A stretch of DNA of 64,000 nucleotides, taken from contig OZ024743.1 in assembly GCA_964016885.1 (NCBI GenBank), positions 252,216,001-252,280,000 on the forward strand, read 5' to 3'. Under the pieces are notes generated by a model. That model saw only the letters and a program-made list of their open reading frames with translations, searched no databases and had not been told where the DNA came from. A program made the translations under genes and the position numbers. Shown here one piece after another: positions 23,727-37,366 of this stretch. Position 1 is the stretch's first letter. Every line of letters starts with the position of its first letter. The DNA is from Eledone cirrhosa. Lineage: Eukaryota.

Positions 23727-26578
23727 TCATCATCATCATCGTTTAACGTCCATCTTCCACGCTTGCATGGGTTTGGACGGGAGTTTTCCCACTTGAGGCA
23801 AGATTTGTTGTCCTGCTCGTATAGGACTGTCTGGCGGGTTTTCTACGGCTGGATGCCCTTCCTAACACCAACCACGTTTACAGTGTGGACTGGGAGGTTT
23901 TTACCATGTTACCTACACGGCCACATTACAGCATGGACTGTGTGTTTTTTTTGTCGTGACACCTACACGACCTCATTTGTTTCGCACTGGATGTTGTGGT
24001 ACCAACATAACTTCACATTTAAGCGGGTGGTGTGGATGGAGTGGGAGTAGTGGGACGGGGGTGTATTTTGTTAGAGGTGCCTACTGACTGTAGGTTTCGC
24101 TTTGAACTTAGGCAAGGCGGGTCTTCTGTATGACTGTGTAGCGCCAAAGGTCTCGGTCGAGTGACATTGTCTTGGAGAGGTGTAAGTGTGTGAGGTCGGA
24201 ATTTATCAGCTCGTCCCAGGTTTTTCTGGGTCTGCCTACTCCGTGGCTACCATATATTTTTATCGCCCTGCACTTTTTTATACAGCTGTCGTCTGTCATG
24301 CGCATCACGTAACCGTACCAACATAGTCTTCTCTCGAGTAAACAACATCTGATCCCTCTTATTCCTAATTTCTCCCTTAGTTCGTTTATGCTATGCCGTT
24401 CACGTATATTACTATTACACATCCAGCAGAGCATGCAAGCTTCGTTTCTCTCCAGTCTGCGTATATCCTCTGCACACAATGCCCAGGTCTCACTGCCATG
24501 TAACATTGCTGTTCGTATGCAGGCATCATACAGCCTGCCTTTCATTTTTAGAGAGAACCCCTTAATGGCCAATAGTGCTATAAGCTCTCTGAACTTTTTC
24601 CATCTCGTTCTGACTCTAGCTACTGTACTTTCAGAGCACCCTCCCCCACTGCTGATTTTGTCACCCAGGTAACGGAAGCTGTCCACTATTTCTATAGAAC
24701 CATCTGTGCAATGGAATGAGCTAATATTCTGTGGGCATTTGCTGCTACTTATTGCACCAGAGCACCGGCCACATATAAAATCTATATTCTTAGTTAGCTT
24801 ACCTGTGATCCCACTACATCTTTTATGCACCATACTGTGCATTTGGGACATAAAATGGCGTTTCTGCCTACTCCTTTCTTACACACTGAGCATGGCCATT
24901 TCCCAGATGGGACCGGTGCCCTATTTTCCTTCCTACAAACTAGAACTTTAGTCTTAGACAAGTTAACTTTAAGGCCTTTTGATTCTAGGCCATGCTTCCA
25001 TGTTTGGAATTTCTTCTCTAGTTCAGCCATTGATTCAGCTATGAGTGTTAGATCATCTGCATATAGGAGTTCCCATGGGCAGCCGGTCTTAAACTCCTCT
25101 GTTATAGCCTGAAGGGCAATAATAAATAGTAGGGGGCTAAGAACGGAGCCCTGATGAACACCAACTTTTATGTTAAACTCTTCACTATATTCGTTGTTAA
25201 TTTTAACCTTGCTGACTGTTTCTTTATACATGTCTTGTATAGCTCTCACAAGCCATTCATCAACACCTAGTTTTCTAAGTGCCCACCAGATAATGGAGTG
25301 GGGGACTCTGTCAAAGGCTTTCTCCAAGTCAACAAAAGCTAAGTATAGGTGTTTACCTTTAGCTAGGTACTTCTCCTGTAGTTGTCGTACAATGAAAAGA
25401 GCATCTGTGGTACTTTTACCTGACACAAACCTGAACTGCATTTCATCTAGATCAATTCGTTCTCTGATTAGTTGCGCAATTACTTTTTCTGTGACCTTCA
25501 TGACCTGGTCGATTAATTTAATGCCTCTATAGTAACCCCTATCAAGAGCATCTCCTTTACCCTTGTAGCAGTTAATGATGATGCTGCTACGCCAGTCCTT
25601 CGGAACGGTCCCATTCTGTACGACTTGGTTTACTATCCGGGTGACCATAGTGTGTCCCACCGTTCCAGAAGCTTTCAGCATTTCAGCAACTATTTCCAAA
25701 GGCCTAGCCACCTTACCCGTCTTCATATCTTTGATTGCCTTACTTATTATACTACCTTCAACTTGCACTGCTGGTCCCTCTATTGGATCGATGTGCAGGA
25801 GACTGTCTTTCTCCCATTTATTCTCCTCATTTAGTAGCCTTTCGTAGTGACACTTCCAAACTACCTTCTTATCAGCGTCAGTGATGGCAAGTACACCATC
25901 ATCATTAAGGACACACTTCTCCCTGACAATATCATGGTTTTCCTTGACACATTGCCTAGCAATCCTGAACACCTCACGTTTTTGGTCCTCGCGTTGTAGA
26001 ACATGCTTGAACTTTCTTTCCTCTGCTTCCCTTCTTGCAAAGTACACTTGTCTCCTAGCTCCCCTCCTGGCCACTTGATAGTCTTCTCTACTTCCCCCAT
26101 CCTGCCATACTTTCCAAGCCTGCTTTTTGGCCTTAATTGACTCCTCCACCTTACTGTTCCACCACCACGTTACTCTCCTCCAGCCTATAGGCCTGCTCCA
26201 GCCACAGACTTCATCTGCCGCCTTCAGCAGGCTAGCTTTCAGGAAACCCCACTGTTCCTCTATATTGTACGACTCTAATTGCTCTTCCTTACTGTCGAAA
26301 GCATCAAGTAATATGCTTTTAAATTTATTACTGGCTGTGAGGTCCTTTAGCTTCCATATTTTTTCTCCTGAGGATAGTCCTCCTCTGTTGTCGAGTACGT
26401 CTTGTCCTGACTATGAGGTCGCTGACTATGAGTCTATGTTGGGAGGTGCATTCTTCATGGGGGAGGGATTTAGTGTTTACAACAGACACTCTATCACATC
26501 TTCTGGTAAGGATATAATCTATCTGACTGGCGTGTTCCCCTGATCTATAGGTGATCAAGTGATTGTCTCGTTTTTTGA
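23727..26578 (-). mobile_element. Young 5'-truncated RTE LINE (APE C-terminus + RT + PHD-like insert + 3' UTR), frameshifted
   Basis: ORFs 26328-26654 (TYRSG…SQIDYIL…SQHRL), 24794-26149 (FVDLEKAFD, GVHQGSVLSP, YADD) and 24108-24851. (GAT)n tail; TA repeats on both sides. Confidence 0.95.
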
Positions 26579-26596
26579 ATATATATATATATATGC

Positions 26597-26938
26597 AGGC
26601 ACATGGCTTAGTGATTAGAGCATTGGCCTTGCAATCGAAAGGTTGTGAGTTCAATTCTCAGACCGGGTGATGTGTTGTTTCCTTGAGCAAGACACTTTAT
26701 TTCACATTGCTCCAGTTTACTCAGCTGTAGAAATGAGATGATAGGGTCTGGGGTCCCTATCATTCCACTGCAAAGTGGTCGTGGAGGTGCCACGGCCAAA
26801 AAGCACCCAGCACTCACTGTAAATTAGGTTGGTGTTAGGAAAGGCATCCAGCTGTAGAAATCAAGCCAGCATCAGTTCCTGTCCCACCCTTGCAAGCAGG
26901 GAAAAAGCGGACGTAAAATGAAATGATGATGATGATGA
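26597..26938 (+). mobile_element. Full-length SINE family 2: tRNA-like head, CORE-like domain, RTE-shared tail
   Basis: GGCACATGGCTTAGTGATTAGAGC (A box)…GAGTTCAATTC (B box)…TCCTTGAGCAAGACACTT…CAGTTTACTCAGCTGTAGAAATG…ggacgtaaaa…(GAT)n. Confidence 0.85.
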
Positions 26939-27259
26939 TATGCATACACACACACACTCACACATATTTGATATCTCTAAGCATTTGTAACATAAGATCC
27001 TTATTGTTTCCATTCAATATATGAAAACTTAGTCATGTAGGGAAATTTCATTATTGTCATATATTTTGTTGGTGTTTGTTTAAGTCAGATAATATTAAAC
27101 TGGTTTAACAATCACTGGAGCAATAAGTTAGGATTTCACTCGTCTGTTATAGTGGATATATAAACACATGTTAATAAGTTGCATATATGTGCATCATCAT
27201 CATCATAATACATCCCATTTCCCTGATAGCAAGGACTGAACAGACACACACATATTTAC

Positions 27260-27294
<35 letters not shown>

Positions 27295-28309
27295 TATATG
27301 TGCGTATATATATGTATAATGAGTGACTTTATAATCAATATGTTTTGTTCGATATATTGGAAACAGATAATTTGGTTTTCATCAGTGATCTTATCTATCA
27401 GTTTTGCTGAAAGAATCATTGTTCTTCTATCTATTCTTCATAATGGAAAAGATATTGCAGTAAGTTTGTAATTCAAGGCTTGTCACTTGTGTGAGCACTG
27501 AGTAACTTCATTGAAGGAAATTCCATGACTTTTGGAATTGCATGATAATACACTTAGAGAAGTTTATCCAACTGAACTAGACCAGGAACGCAATGGAAAT
27601 GCAAAATTTATCTTAATATTGCATCAATCAGTTTTGGTAATAAATATAGTTTAAACAGCAATGGAACCAGCTTCATTCTAATGCTAGGACACTTTATCCC
27701 TATTGCTTTATACAGAAATTTAAAATCTGGCTTATCTTCAACGTTGCACAAGCTCTTCTACATGAACAAGTCAATAAAATTGAAAATCGTTTGGCTATTT
27801 ATTTAAACAAGGTGAATCAGAATTGTGTAGAGTGGTTTCAGTGTAATAGTCCCCTTATTTATATTCCCATTACCTATTCAGAGGTGAAAGTTCAGGTTTT
27901 AAGTTTAATGGAATGTCATTGTGTAAAGGTGACTTCCCTTTTCACTATCTAACAAGAACTTTGGTTTGCATTTAAACATCACCGACTGTACACACAGTTC
28001 AAGATGAAATGAAATATCCTTGATTATCATTTACTCGTTAATAGCCTAAGTGTAGTTAATATGTGGTATATTATATAAATGTATGAGAGAAATATTCTCT
28101 TAAATTCCAGCAAGGTTCTAAGATAATTCCTTCAGAAATATATTACACAAACCTACCAAAATCTGTTTGTGTAAACCCCAAGTTTCCAACCTGTTATCAT
28201 TAGATTCTTGCCCTGTTGCCCTTTAGCCTTTTGGTTAAGATCAAAGAGCATTTCTCTGGCTTTTTACTGTATTATTTCATAAGATACAAATGCTGGGGCT
28301 TGTCCAGCT

Positions 28310-28530
28310 GCTTCCACTTTGTACTGGTCACTGTTGAGACCTCAGGCATCCTTGGACACCATACAGCTGAGCTCCTTCACAAAATTGGAACAACAGCAGC
28401 CCATCTGAGTAAGGAGCTCTGTGAGGTGGAGTAGATGCTGCAGCAGGTATCACTGGCCATTGTCCGCAGAAATGCCTTTGCAATTTTGTCGACAGTGTGC
28501 AGCCAAAATACCGCTCTGACCTAGGTGTAG
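28310..28530 (+). mobile_element. CRE-like RLE retrotransposon C-terminal fragment
   Basis: FHFVLVTVETSGILGHHTAELLHKIG…*MLQQVSLAIVRRNAFAIL. Confidence 0.65.
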
Positions 28531-29658
28531 AGTCTGCCACTCTTCCCTTCCTCCATTCTTCCATTGCCTAATAGTCCTTGCTCTTCACATCATTTTCCTC
28601 TCATTTATAGCATTTATAGTCCTTTCCTTTACTTGCCTATACAGCCAAATTTGCTCTTCTTTCCCTCTCCCCCATTTTTTTTTCATTTATTAGTTTTGTT
28701 TTATGCTTTTTCAATATTTTATCATATAAAATGTATAACTTTTGTTTAGTAGATGAATAAATATATTTTTTTATTGCAAAATAAAAAAATTTAAATGATT
28801 CCTATCCATTATAATGGTACTTAGGCTTACTAGATGAAAAATATACAAAATGACAGTATTGTTCATGCCAGAAAATGTTAGTCCTACTCAGATGAGAATT
28901 ACCGAAGTCTGGAATGATCAGAATATATTCTATTACTCCTTTTATTTGACTTCACCCTCCAAAGAGCTCAAATATGGTAAAGCCACTGGGGAGGATGAAA
29001 TCCAAGTTATTAAAAGTCTTAAACTGAGAGAGAGAGAAGGTATTATAGTGGTAGTAGGTTGGGATGCATGCATGCCACCACTGGATTTCTGGCTTACTGG
29101 TATTGTCGTCTACTGGACAAGAGCCAAGCAGTAAACTAAAACTCTTAGGTTGGATTGAACTCTGTGACCGTAGTATCACACAGGCTGTGGTGAGGAAAGT
29201 TTGGTATGTGAAATAGGCTGTCTCTGCAGCCCTAGCTGGTGGCAGGGAGAGGGTGATAGGTGATGGTCAGCCTGTCTTCCATCTCTACCCTTGAAAAATT
29301 GTGGTCAGTAGGGAATGGAAATAGGCTACAAAAACATCATTGCTGTCCTTTCTCTTCTCTTTAGATTGAATTGCCTCTTATTACATAAGATGCTGTCTGA
29401 TGATATCGCATGACTAGTGACGTGATTGAACAATCACGTAGCCATGATGATCATTGAAATATGTATCACAGCTTTGTTAATAAAGGACTCTTTAACATCT
29501 ACACTGAACTTCACATTTTCCTTAAACTACATATACTCTGTCACTGACTGCCAAATCATATTTGGAAGGAAAAACATGACGTTGTGTGTTTGAATCGAAT
29601 TACATTATTATTTACTGATTGGTGTGTTGCATACAAAAACTTGTAAGTATATATGGAA

Positions 29659-29692
<34 letters not shown>

Positions 29693-29939
29693 CAAACATG
29701 CATGCATACATACTCAAATACACATATATATGTCAGTCACTGTGTGTACATGTAGGTAAGTATACCTCAATGTGATCTAGAATGTTTGCATGCATACATG
29801 TTCGTATGCAACAGCCGCAGATATGGCAGCAAGCTGCACCATGCTATCGGAATTGTGAACAAAGCATTTGTAGCAAGTCTATGGGAATATAAATAATGGT
29901 GAAGATTTATGGGTGTGATTATCTCTTCCCCCTCGAGTT

Positions 29940-30610
29940 CCTCTCCCAACCATTTCTGCAACACCACCACCTCGATACCCAGTATTTCCACCACTACTAC
30001 CATCATCACTACCACCACTACCTTCACTACCATCATCATCACCACCAGCACTACTACTATCACCATCACTACTACCCCTAGTAACACCACCACAACAATC
30101 ACTACCATCACAACCATAACCACCTCCACTACTGTCACCATCTCTACCATTCCACCATCACTCCAATCATAACATCACTACTATTAAACCTCCACAATCA
30201 TTGCTGGCACCTCAACACTCCATCACTATTACTACCACCTTCCCCACCACTACAACCACCATCACTAGCACTACCATCACCACCACCACCACTGCTACTA
30301 TCACCTTCACTACCACTTCCAGCCCTACTAACACCACTACCACAACCACAACCACTGCTATTACCCCCTTAACCATCACATCCCTCAATACCACCATTAA
30401 CCTCATGCCTGTCACCATCCTCCCCACTGTTACCACCATTATTTACCTCCATTACTACTTACTCCCTTCCCCACCACCACCAGCACTGCCACTACTGTCA
30501 CCAAAATCATTGTCATAAACATTACCATCTCCTCCCCTACCATTATTACTTCCTCCTTTGTAAGTAACACCCCTGTCAACACCACCACCATCATCTCTAC
30601 CACCCCACTA
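29940..30610. repeat. Degenerate (ACC/ACT/ATC)n low-complexity tract
   Basis: Trinucleotide-rich; gives Thr/His/Val homopolymer ORFs in several frames. Confidence 0.85.
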
Positions 30611-31606
30611 TCATGAAAAAAATGAAATAACTTACAAGCAGCATGCATGGTGTTATAAATTATGGAAAATGATTTACTGTCTTCTGGAATGAAACCTGAT
30701 TATTATCGAATAAGAATAACAGTTTGAAAACTGATTATATTTATCAAGCTGAATTGGCAAAGAGAAATCTGTGCAATTGCTTAAAGAATGTCACATAACA
30801 TCTAAGAAGGACTAGAAAAAGAACAAAAACAACAGAAATTATTAATGGTGTGGTGAGGGGAGGGGCGAGTGGGCAAAATAATGACTTTAAATATAAAAAA
30901 AAATAACTAAAAAAGAATAAAATAAATATGGAGTGGGCTTGGGGTAATGGTCAAAATGAATATAAAATAAACAATAATAAACAAAAAAAAACAGTAGCTA
31001 TCAATGGGGTGGGGTAGGAGGATGGGTAAAAGTAATAATTTTTCGAAAAAACAATAAGAAAATAAGAATAAGTAAAGCTAAGACAACAACAAAAAAGGAA
31101 TTATTAATGGGCGTGATGATGAGCGAGTGGGTAAAAAGTAATTAAAAAACAGTAATAATAATAAAATAACTAAAAATGAGAAATAAAATAACAGAACATA
31201 TAAATAGAATGCGATATGTGAAAGCTGGAGGAAAAAAGCTAAAACAACAGTAAAGCTAAATATGGAGGCAGGGAGGTTAGAGAGACAGGAAAAATATTTT
31301 CCAAAACAACAATAATAAAATAAAGAATAAAACGAATTTTTAAAATAAACAAATAAAATATTAATGAAGAGTAGATGGGAGGATGGACAAAAAAATAAAA
31401 ATAGTTTCAAAAGAACGTTAAATAAATAAAAAAGAATGAAAGGAACCTAACTTGGGGAACAGGAGAGGATAGAGGAGGGAAAAGCAAAGCATATTTTCTG
31501 AAAGATTGTCAATAATAAAGATACAGAGATTTGGACATATGATGTAAATAAATAAATATATTTATAAACGTATCTATTATCTATATTTCTCTCTCCCTCT
31601 CTCTCT

Positions 31607-31656
<50 letters not shown>

Positions 31657-31672
31657 ATAACGATGTCCATTA

Positions 31673-31710
31673 CGAGCTGAGGATCCGCTAAGGTGAAACA
31701 ATTGTTCTCG
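31673..31710 (+). ncRNA. Minimal HHR motif (family E)
   Basis: cgag-CTGAGGA-tCCgctaaGGt-GAAA-CAATTG-TT^-ctcg. Stem I cgag/ctcg, palindromic stem III, weak stem II. Confidence 0.55.
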
Positions 31711-31832
31711 GTATGGTGAACTAACTGTTGTGTAACCACTTCTACCTAACTCGTCACATGGACTGAGTGCTCTACCACTACGGATATTACCTTCCAGTGT
31801 TCTACCACTATATATATATATATATATATATA

Positions 31833-31945
31833 AAAATATTCAGGACCCCAATGACTGAGCTATGGCCGTTTCAACAGCTAGGTCCGAATAAGTACTCTGG
31901 TATGTTATGGTCCACCTGGTATCTTACCACACCCTCTGTGTTTAT
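31833..31945. mobile_element. Family A element, internally deleted
   Basis: ttcaggaccccaatgactgagctatggccgtttcaacagctag joined to gtactctggtatgttatggtccacctggtatcttaccacac. TA flanks. Confidence 0.6.
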
Positions 31946-32023
31946 ATATATCCCACTCTCAAGAGCGTGACACTAATAAACCTTTGTTCGTACTGCCTCT
32001 TTGTTTTGTTCCCGTTCCATTTT

Positions 32024-32068
<45 letters not shown>

Positions 32069-32069
32069 T

Positions 32070-32400
32070 GCACCCAGCCCAACACACGGATCTACACTCA
32101 CTATACATTGACTACTTCCCTTATGGAACCTCTCTAATGCCAAAGATACTATTTAACTAACCACTCTCCAAGATGGCCGACCGAAATTGCATATGTGGTA
32201 TTTTCTCCTCACTTTTTCCCTTATTTTTCCTTCTTATCACTCTTTACTTCCTATTCATCTTCTATTTCTAACTCTATCTTCTAATGAAGGACTAGTTTCC
32301 AAAACAGCAAAACTATCTTCCTGTTATTTCAAGCGTTAAACTAATATATTAATTCCATGTACTGTACCATTTGTTTTGTTATTTCTGTTTACCTGTAACA
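32070..32400 (+). mobile_element. Family B Penelope-like 3' end with degenerate HHR
   Basis: CTAATGA-A-GGAC-tagt-TTCC-AAAAC at 32281, then aagcgttaaactaata…ttgttatttctgttt, as at 6280-6400. Confidence 0.55.
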
Positions 32401-32590
32401 TATATATATACTTCGTATTTGAATTTATTTTGCAAGATTTCTTATCTGAAAACGTGTGTTGAAACAGATATTGTTATACTTTGGAAGGGTCATGCTGTCA
32501 ATAAAAACACATGCACCTGTTGGTTTTCACTTCAGTTTATCATAAATTTCTGCTTGGTTGGTTTGATAACCAGAAGGTTGTTTATATATT

Positions 32591-32631
32591 GTCAAAGCTC
32601 TTTCATCACATTCTATGACCTCCTCAGTGAC
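32591..32631 (-). ncRNA. Minimal HHR motif (family C), core intact, within pLTR about 32410-32631
   Basis: Minus strand: gtca-CTGAGGA-g-GTCAT-agaat-GTGAT-GAAA-GAGCTT^-tgac. Confidence 0.7.
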
Positions 32632-32634
32632 TTA

Positions 32635-32801
32635 CCGTATTTTCTGGTGCCGAAGACGCTTCTTCATTGAGGACGCACCCTAATTTTGACAACCTAAGAT
32701 TTAAAAAAAAATCATAAATAAGCTTCGGCCTCCAGGATGCATGGTAGATTTTTGAGACATATGTTAGAAAAAAGTAGTGTCTTCAACGCCAGGAAATGCG
32801 G
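32635..32801. mobile_element. pogo/Tc2-like MITE
   Basis: TA|CCGTATTTTCTGGTGCCGAAGACGC … GTGTCTTCAACGCCAGGAAATGCGG|TA, an imperfect TIR of about 25 bp. Confidence 0.75.
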
Positions 32802-33930
32802 TAATTATAATAAATTGAAGTGAAAACCAACTGGTATGCGTGTTTTTATTGGCAGCATGACCCTCCCAAAGTATAACAATATATATATGTATATATATAT
32901 ATATCATCATCATCGTTTTACATCCGTTCTTCCATGCCAGCGTGGGTTAGACGGGTTGTCCTGTTGTGAGCAGTTTCCAGTCGGCTGACCTTGTCTTGCT
33001 TATACAGGAACTGATTTTGGCTTGATTTTTACAGCTGGATGCTCTTCCTAACACCATATATATCGTTTATTAGTGTGTAACATTCAGTTAGTATTCTTTC
33101 ACCAGTTTGAGCTCTCAATGCCAATATTGGTCCAGTTGTCAATGTGATGTTTTACATTTTGTATTACAGCAAAGTTGGTATCCTTAAGAAGCAGTGTTAA
33201 TAATAATAATAATAATAATAATTGTTTCTACTTTAGGTACAAGGTCAGCAATTACACAGTGCATTACTGGTACTTTAGTTTATCGACCCCGTAACGGCAA
33301 TGAGTTGTAATGAAGTATCAATAAAGCATCATAATTGTTTCTAGTTTAGGCACAAGGCCAGCAATTATCCAGTGCATTACTGGTACTTTGGTTATTTATA
33401 TGTGACACACGTTTTGCAATTGATCAGTTCAAGGTATCCACAAGTGTGATGAGCTATCAATTCCAGGGTAGGGCCTGATAGATACCATTTGATCCATAAA
33501 CTGATTGATTGGGAAACACATTACACATAAATAGACATAATGATATTATATTGACACCTCTGTACTACTCATTATTATAATTATTCACTTTAGTCGAGGT
33601 CATGACCTCGACTAAAGTGAATTATTTTTCATCTTAACATCATATCGAAAAAAACAATCTGATTGGTTAGTTCGTCAACTACCTCCAAACAAGGTCATAG
33701 AACTAAACATAATACTAATTTACTACTAATTTTGAATAAAATTATTATTGCTTTTGACAACAGCTGGTGATATGCATGTAAGTAAATATTCTCTTTATCT
33801 GATATTTTGTAACTAACTTTACATAGATCGATATCGAAGTATAGTTACGATGTATTATCATCACCTAGAAACGATCGTAAAGCAGTGAAGTATATTTCTA
33901 ATGACTCGATTTTTTTATTTCATTGTTTTA

Positions 33931-34041
<111 letters not shown>

Positions 34042-34188
34042 AAAGGCAAAGTTAACCCCCCACAAAATAATCCCGTCGGTGTTAACTTTGCCTTTCATCC
34101 TTATGGAGTCGGTAAAATGAAGTACCAATAATACACTTGGATAATTGCTGGCCTTTTGCCAAAAGTAGAAACAATTATTATTATCATT

Positions 34189-34267
<79 letters not shown>

Positions 34268-34269
34268 TT

Positions 34270-34920
34270 ATATATTTGTTTCACTATAATCTTGATGTGA
34301 AATCATGTTTTGAAACTGATTTTGTTATATTTGGGTGTGGTCATGTTGCTAGGATTGCCAGTAAAAAAAAAAACACACACACTTAACATACGATTTTCAT
34401 CTTTTCACTTTATTCTTATTACTAATTATTGGTTATTTTGTCACACATTCTGTGACCTCCTCAATGACTACTTATTCTCTTTTGTGCTTCCTCTTCTTTC
34501 TGGTCTTAATCTGTTACTCCATTTTGTCTTTTGTTTTGTGGAGCATTTTTCATGATTTGTATCTGCATATGTGTTTGCACATATGCCTTCACCAGTGTGT
34601 GTGTGTCTTTGAGTTTTTCATGTCTATGTGCATTTCATGTGTGTGTGAGGGCTTGTATCTATATTTTACTGTTTGTCTCTCGTTTATTTTCCCACCCTAT
34701 TCTGTATTCAGTCGTTAGGTTGCAGGCTGTTACTATTACACTCTTGTTCTCTTTTCAGGCTAGGTCTATCTTCTATTATGTGTGTGGCCTCTGTAATTAG
34801 TCTTTTATGTGTGGATAGCATCTTTATTCCTATGCTATCTATTGAGCACCCAATCATATGGTGCATGTTTTTTTTTTATTGGCAATACTGGCAACATGAC
34901 CATCCTCATATATAACAATA
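34270..34920 (-). mobile_element. Family C Penelope-like element: GIY-YIG C-terminus + UTR + pLTR, with an inverted pLTR fragment at the 5' truncation
   Basis: Manual minus translation of about 34860-34710: KRLITEATHIIEDRPSLKREQE (PLE ExxxIxxxxPxLN-type motif). HHR remnant at about 34436-34468. Plus-strand pLTR end at 34861-34920. Confidence 0.65.
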
Positions 34921-35174
34921 AATATATATGTATATATATATAATTATCTATATTGATAAAATGATATATATATATATATATACCAACAAACACACACATA
35001 CACACACACACACGTGTGTGTATAAAGTGTAGGATAGACACATACACTCACACACACAGACAAAATTACATACATACACAAGCAAAAATAAACATGCACA
35101 CGCATTTAAAAAATGGGATTAAACAGCAAGGTAAGATTATTTTCTAGAAAACAAAGCTAGAGATAGAGAAAACA

Positions 35175-35686
35175 AATATCTTTATACCCTCCATCAGACA
35201 CCTCCCATACTCTGAACGCCTTGCTTCCCTGGGCATGGATTCATTGAAGCTCCGACGTCTTGCAATGGACTTGGTAAATACCCACAAAGTTATTAACCAT
35301 CTCGCCAATTGCAACCCTGAGCACCTTTTTGATCTCCATGTGTCTAACACACGTGGACATGCCTACAAAATCAGAAAACAGCACAGCTCCCATGACTTTC
35401 GTAGACATTTTTTCACGCTCAGAGTTGCTGAAGCATGGAACAAACTGCCTGCGTCAGTTGTTAGCTGCCGAGACACTGCATCCTTTAAGACACTCATGCT
35501 TCCCGAAATACACCTACACTACACCTGATGTACCCCTTCCATACACATGCACACATGTGTGTATCATGACTCAAGCACTGTTCATTTTCCTGATGTTTGT
35601 GCATTGCCCTATGTACTGTACATCCACTTTTTGATGAGTTGTGGTGCACCTGGGCACTGTACACTATTTCATTATCATTATTATTA
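35175..35686 (+). mobile_element. CR1-group LINE 3' end
   Basis: LPYSERLASLGMDSLKLRRLAMDL…TRGHAYKI…FFTLRVAEAWNKLP, then 3' UTR and (ATT)n tail. A second tail lies at 35915-36040. Confidence 0.85.
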
Positions 35687-35872
35687 GGCGGTGGATTGGC
35701 AGTATCGGTAGAGGGTCGGACGCCATGCTTTGACGCATAGAGTTACGGTCCTTGCCATTCTGAGTTCAAATCCCGCCGAGGTTAACTTTGCCTTTCATCC
35801 TTACGGGGTCGATAAAATAAAGTACCAGTAATGCACTGGGTAATTGCTGGCCTTGTGCCTAACGTAGAAACA

Positions 35873-35912
<40 letters not shown>
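35687..35912 (+). mobile_element. Full-length SINE family 1 in the CR1 (ATT)n tail
   Basis: GGCGGTGGATTGGCAGTATCGG…GAGTTCAAATCCC…GCCTTTCATCCTTACGGGGTCGATAAAATAAAGTACCAG…(ATT)n. Confidence 0.85.
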
Positions 35913-35915
<3 letters not shown>

Positions 35916-36543
35916 CATGACTCATACACTGTTCATTTTCCTGACATTTGTACATTATTCTATGTACTATACATGCACCTTTGATGAGTTGTAGTGCACC
36001 TGAGCACTGTACACAATAATTTCATTATTATTATTATTATATTGTTTCTGTTCAATCTAGTTTCTGCTGATACATTCCAGCAACACATACAGACACACTC
36101 TTTTCTTTTGCCTTTTGTTTTTTCTAATTGATTGAAGAGCACTTTCACTGAAATACACCTCAGTATTGTAGTTATTGTTGTTGTTGGTATTGTTAATGTT
36201 GTCAGTGTTGGTGTTGTTGTTAGTGATGTTGTTGATGTTGTTTTTGTTGGTAGTGGTGGTGTTGGTGGTTTTTAGGTATTGTTGGTGTTGGTAGTGTTGC
36301 TATTGTTGTTGATGATGCTATTTTTTGTTGTTATTAGTGGTGGTGATGTTGTAGGTGTTGGTGTTAGAGATGTTGGCATTGTGTTTGTAGTTGTTGCAAG
36401 GTCCTTAGGGATGTAGGATTCCATGAAATCGCAGATTCCTATTTTAGTTTTATCACAATAGAAATCATGTGTGTGTGTGTGTGCATATTTATATAAATGT
36501 GTATGTACACACACACACATATATACACACACTCATACTTGAA

Positions 36544-36576
<33 letters not shown>

Positions 36577-36772
36577 GTAGATATTTATGCGTTTGTGTGT
36601 GAGTTTATCACTGTGTGTATGTAGGCTGATCAAATAAATATTCTGAGATATGTTTATGCTTGTCAAAATCAACTGTTGTTTGTTCTGTGATGAAATCATA
36701 CTGTCACCTTTTTATTTCAAAGACAAACCCCATTTCTACCAACACACACACACCTTTATTAATATATATATA

Positions 36773-37366
<594 letters not shown>

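Noticed and set aside
24388-26078. Plus-strand ORFs opposite the RTE (also 48231-49921)
   Set aside because: Antisense shadows of the RT frame, shared only because the copies are homologous.
26597-26670. tRNA gene
   Set aside because: A/B boxes are present, but the sequence continues into a SINE body and recurs with decay; no complete cloverleaf.
27385-27466. Possible small exon ending in a GTAAGT donor (FAERIIVLLSILHNGKDIA)
   Set aside because: No recognisable protein similarity or partner exons; cannot be supported without RNA-seq.
29767-30648. Mucin-like Thr-rich or His-rich protein
   Set aside because: Degenerate ACC-type trinucleotide tract with stops and no splice or domain context.
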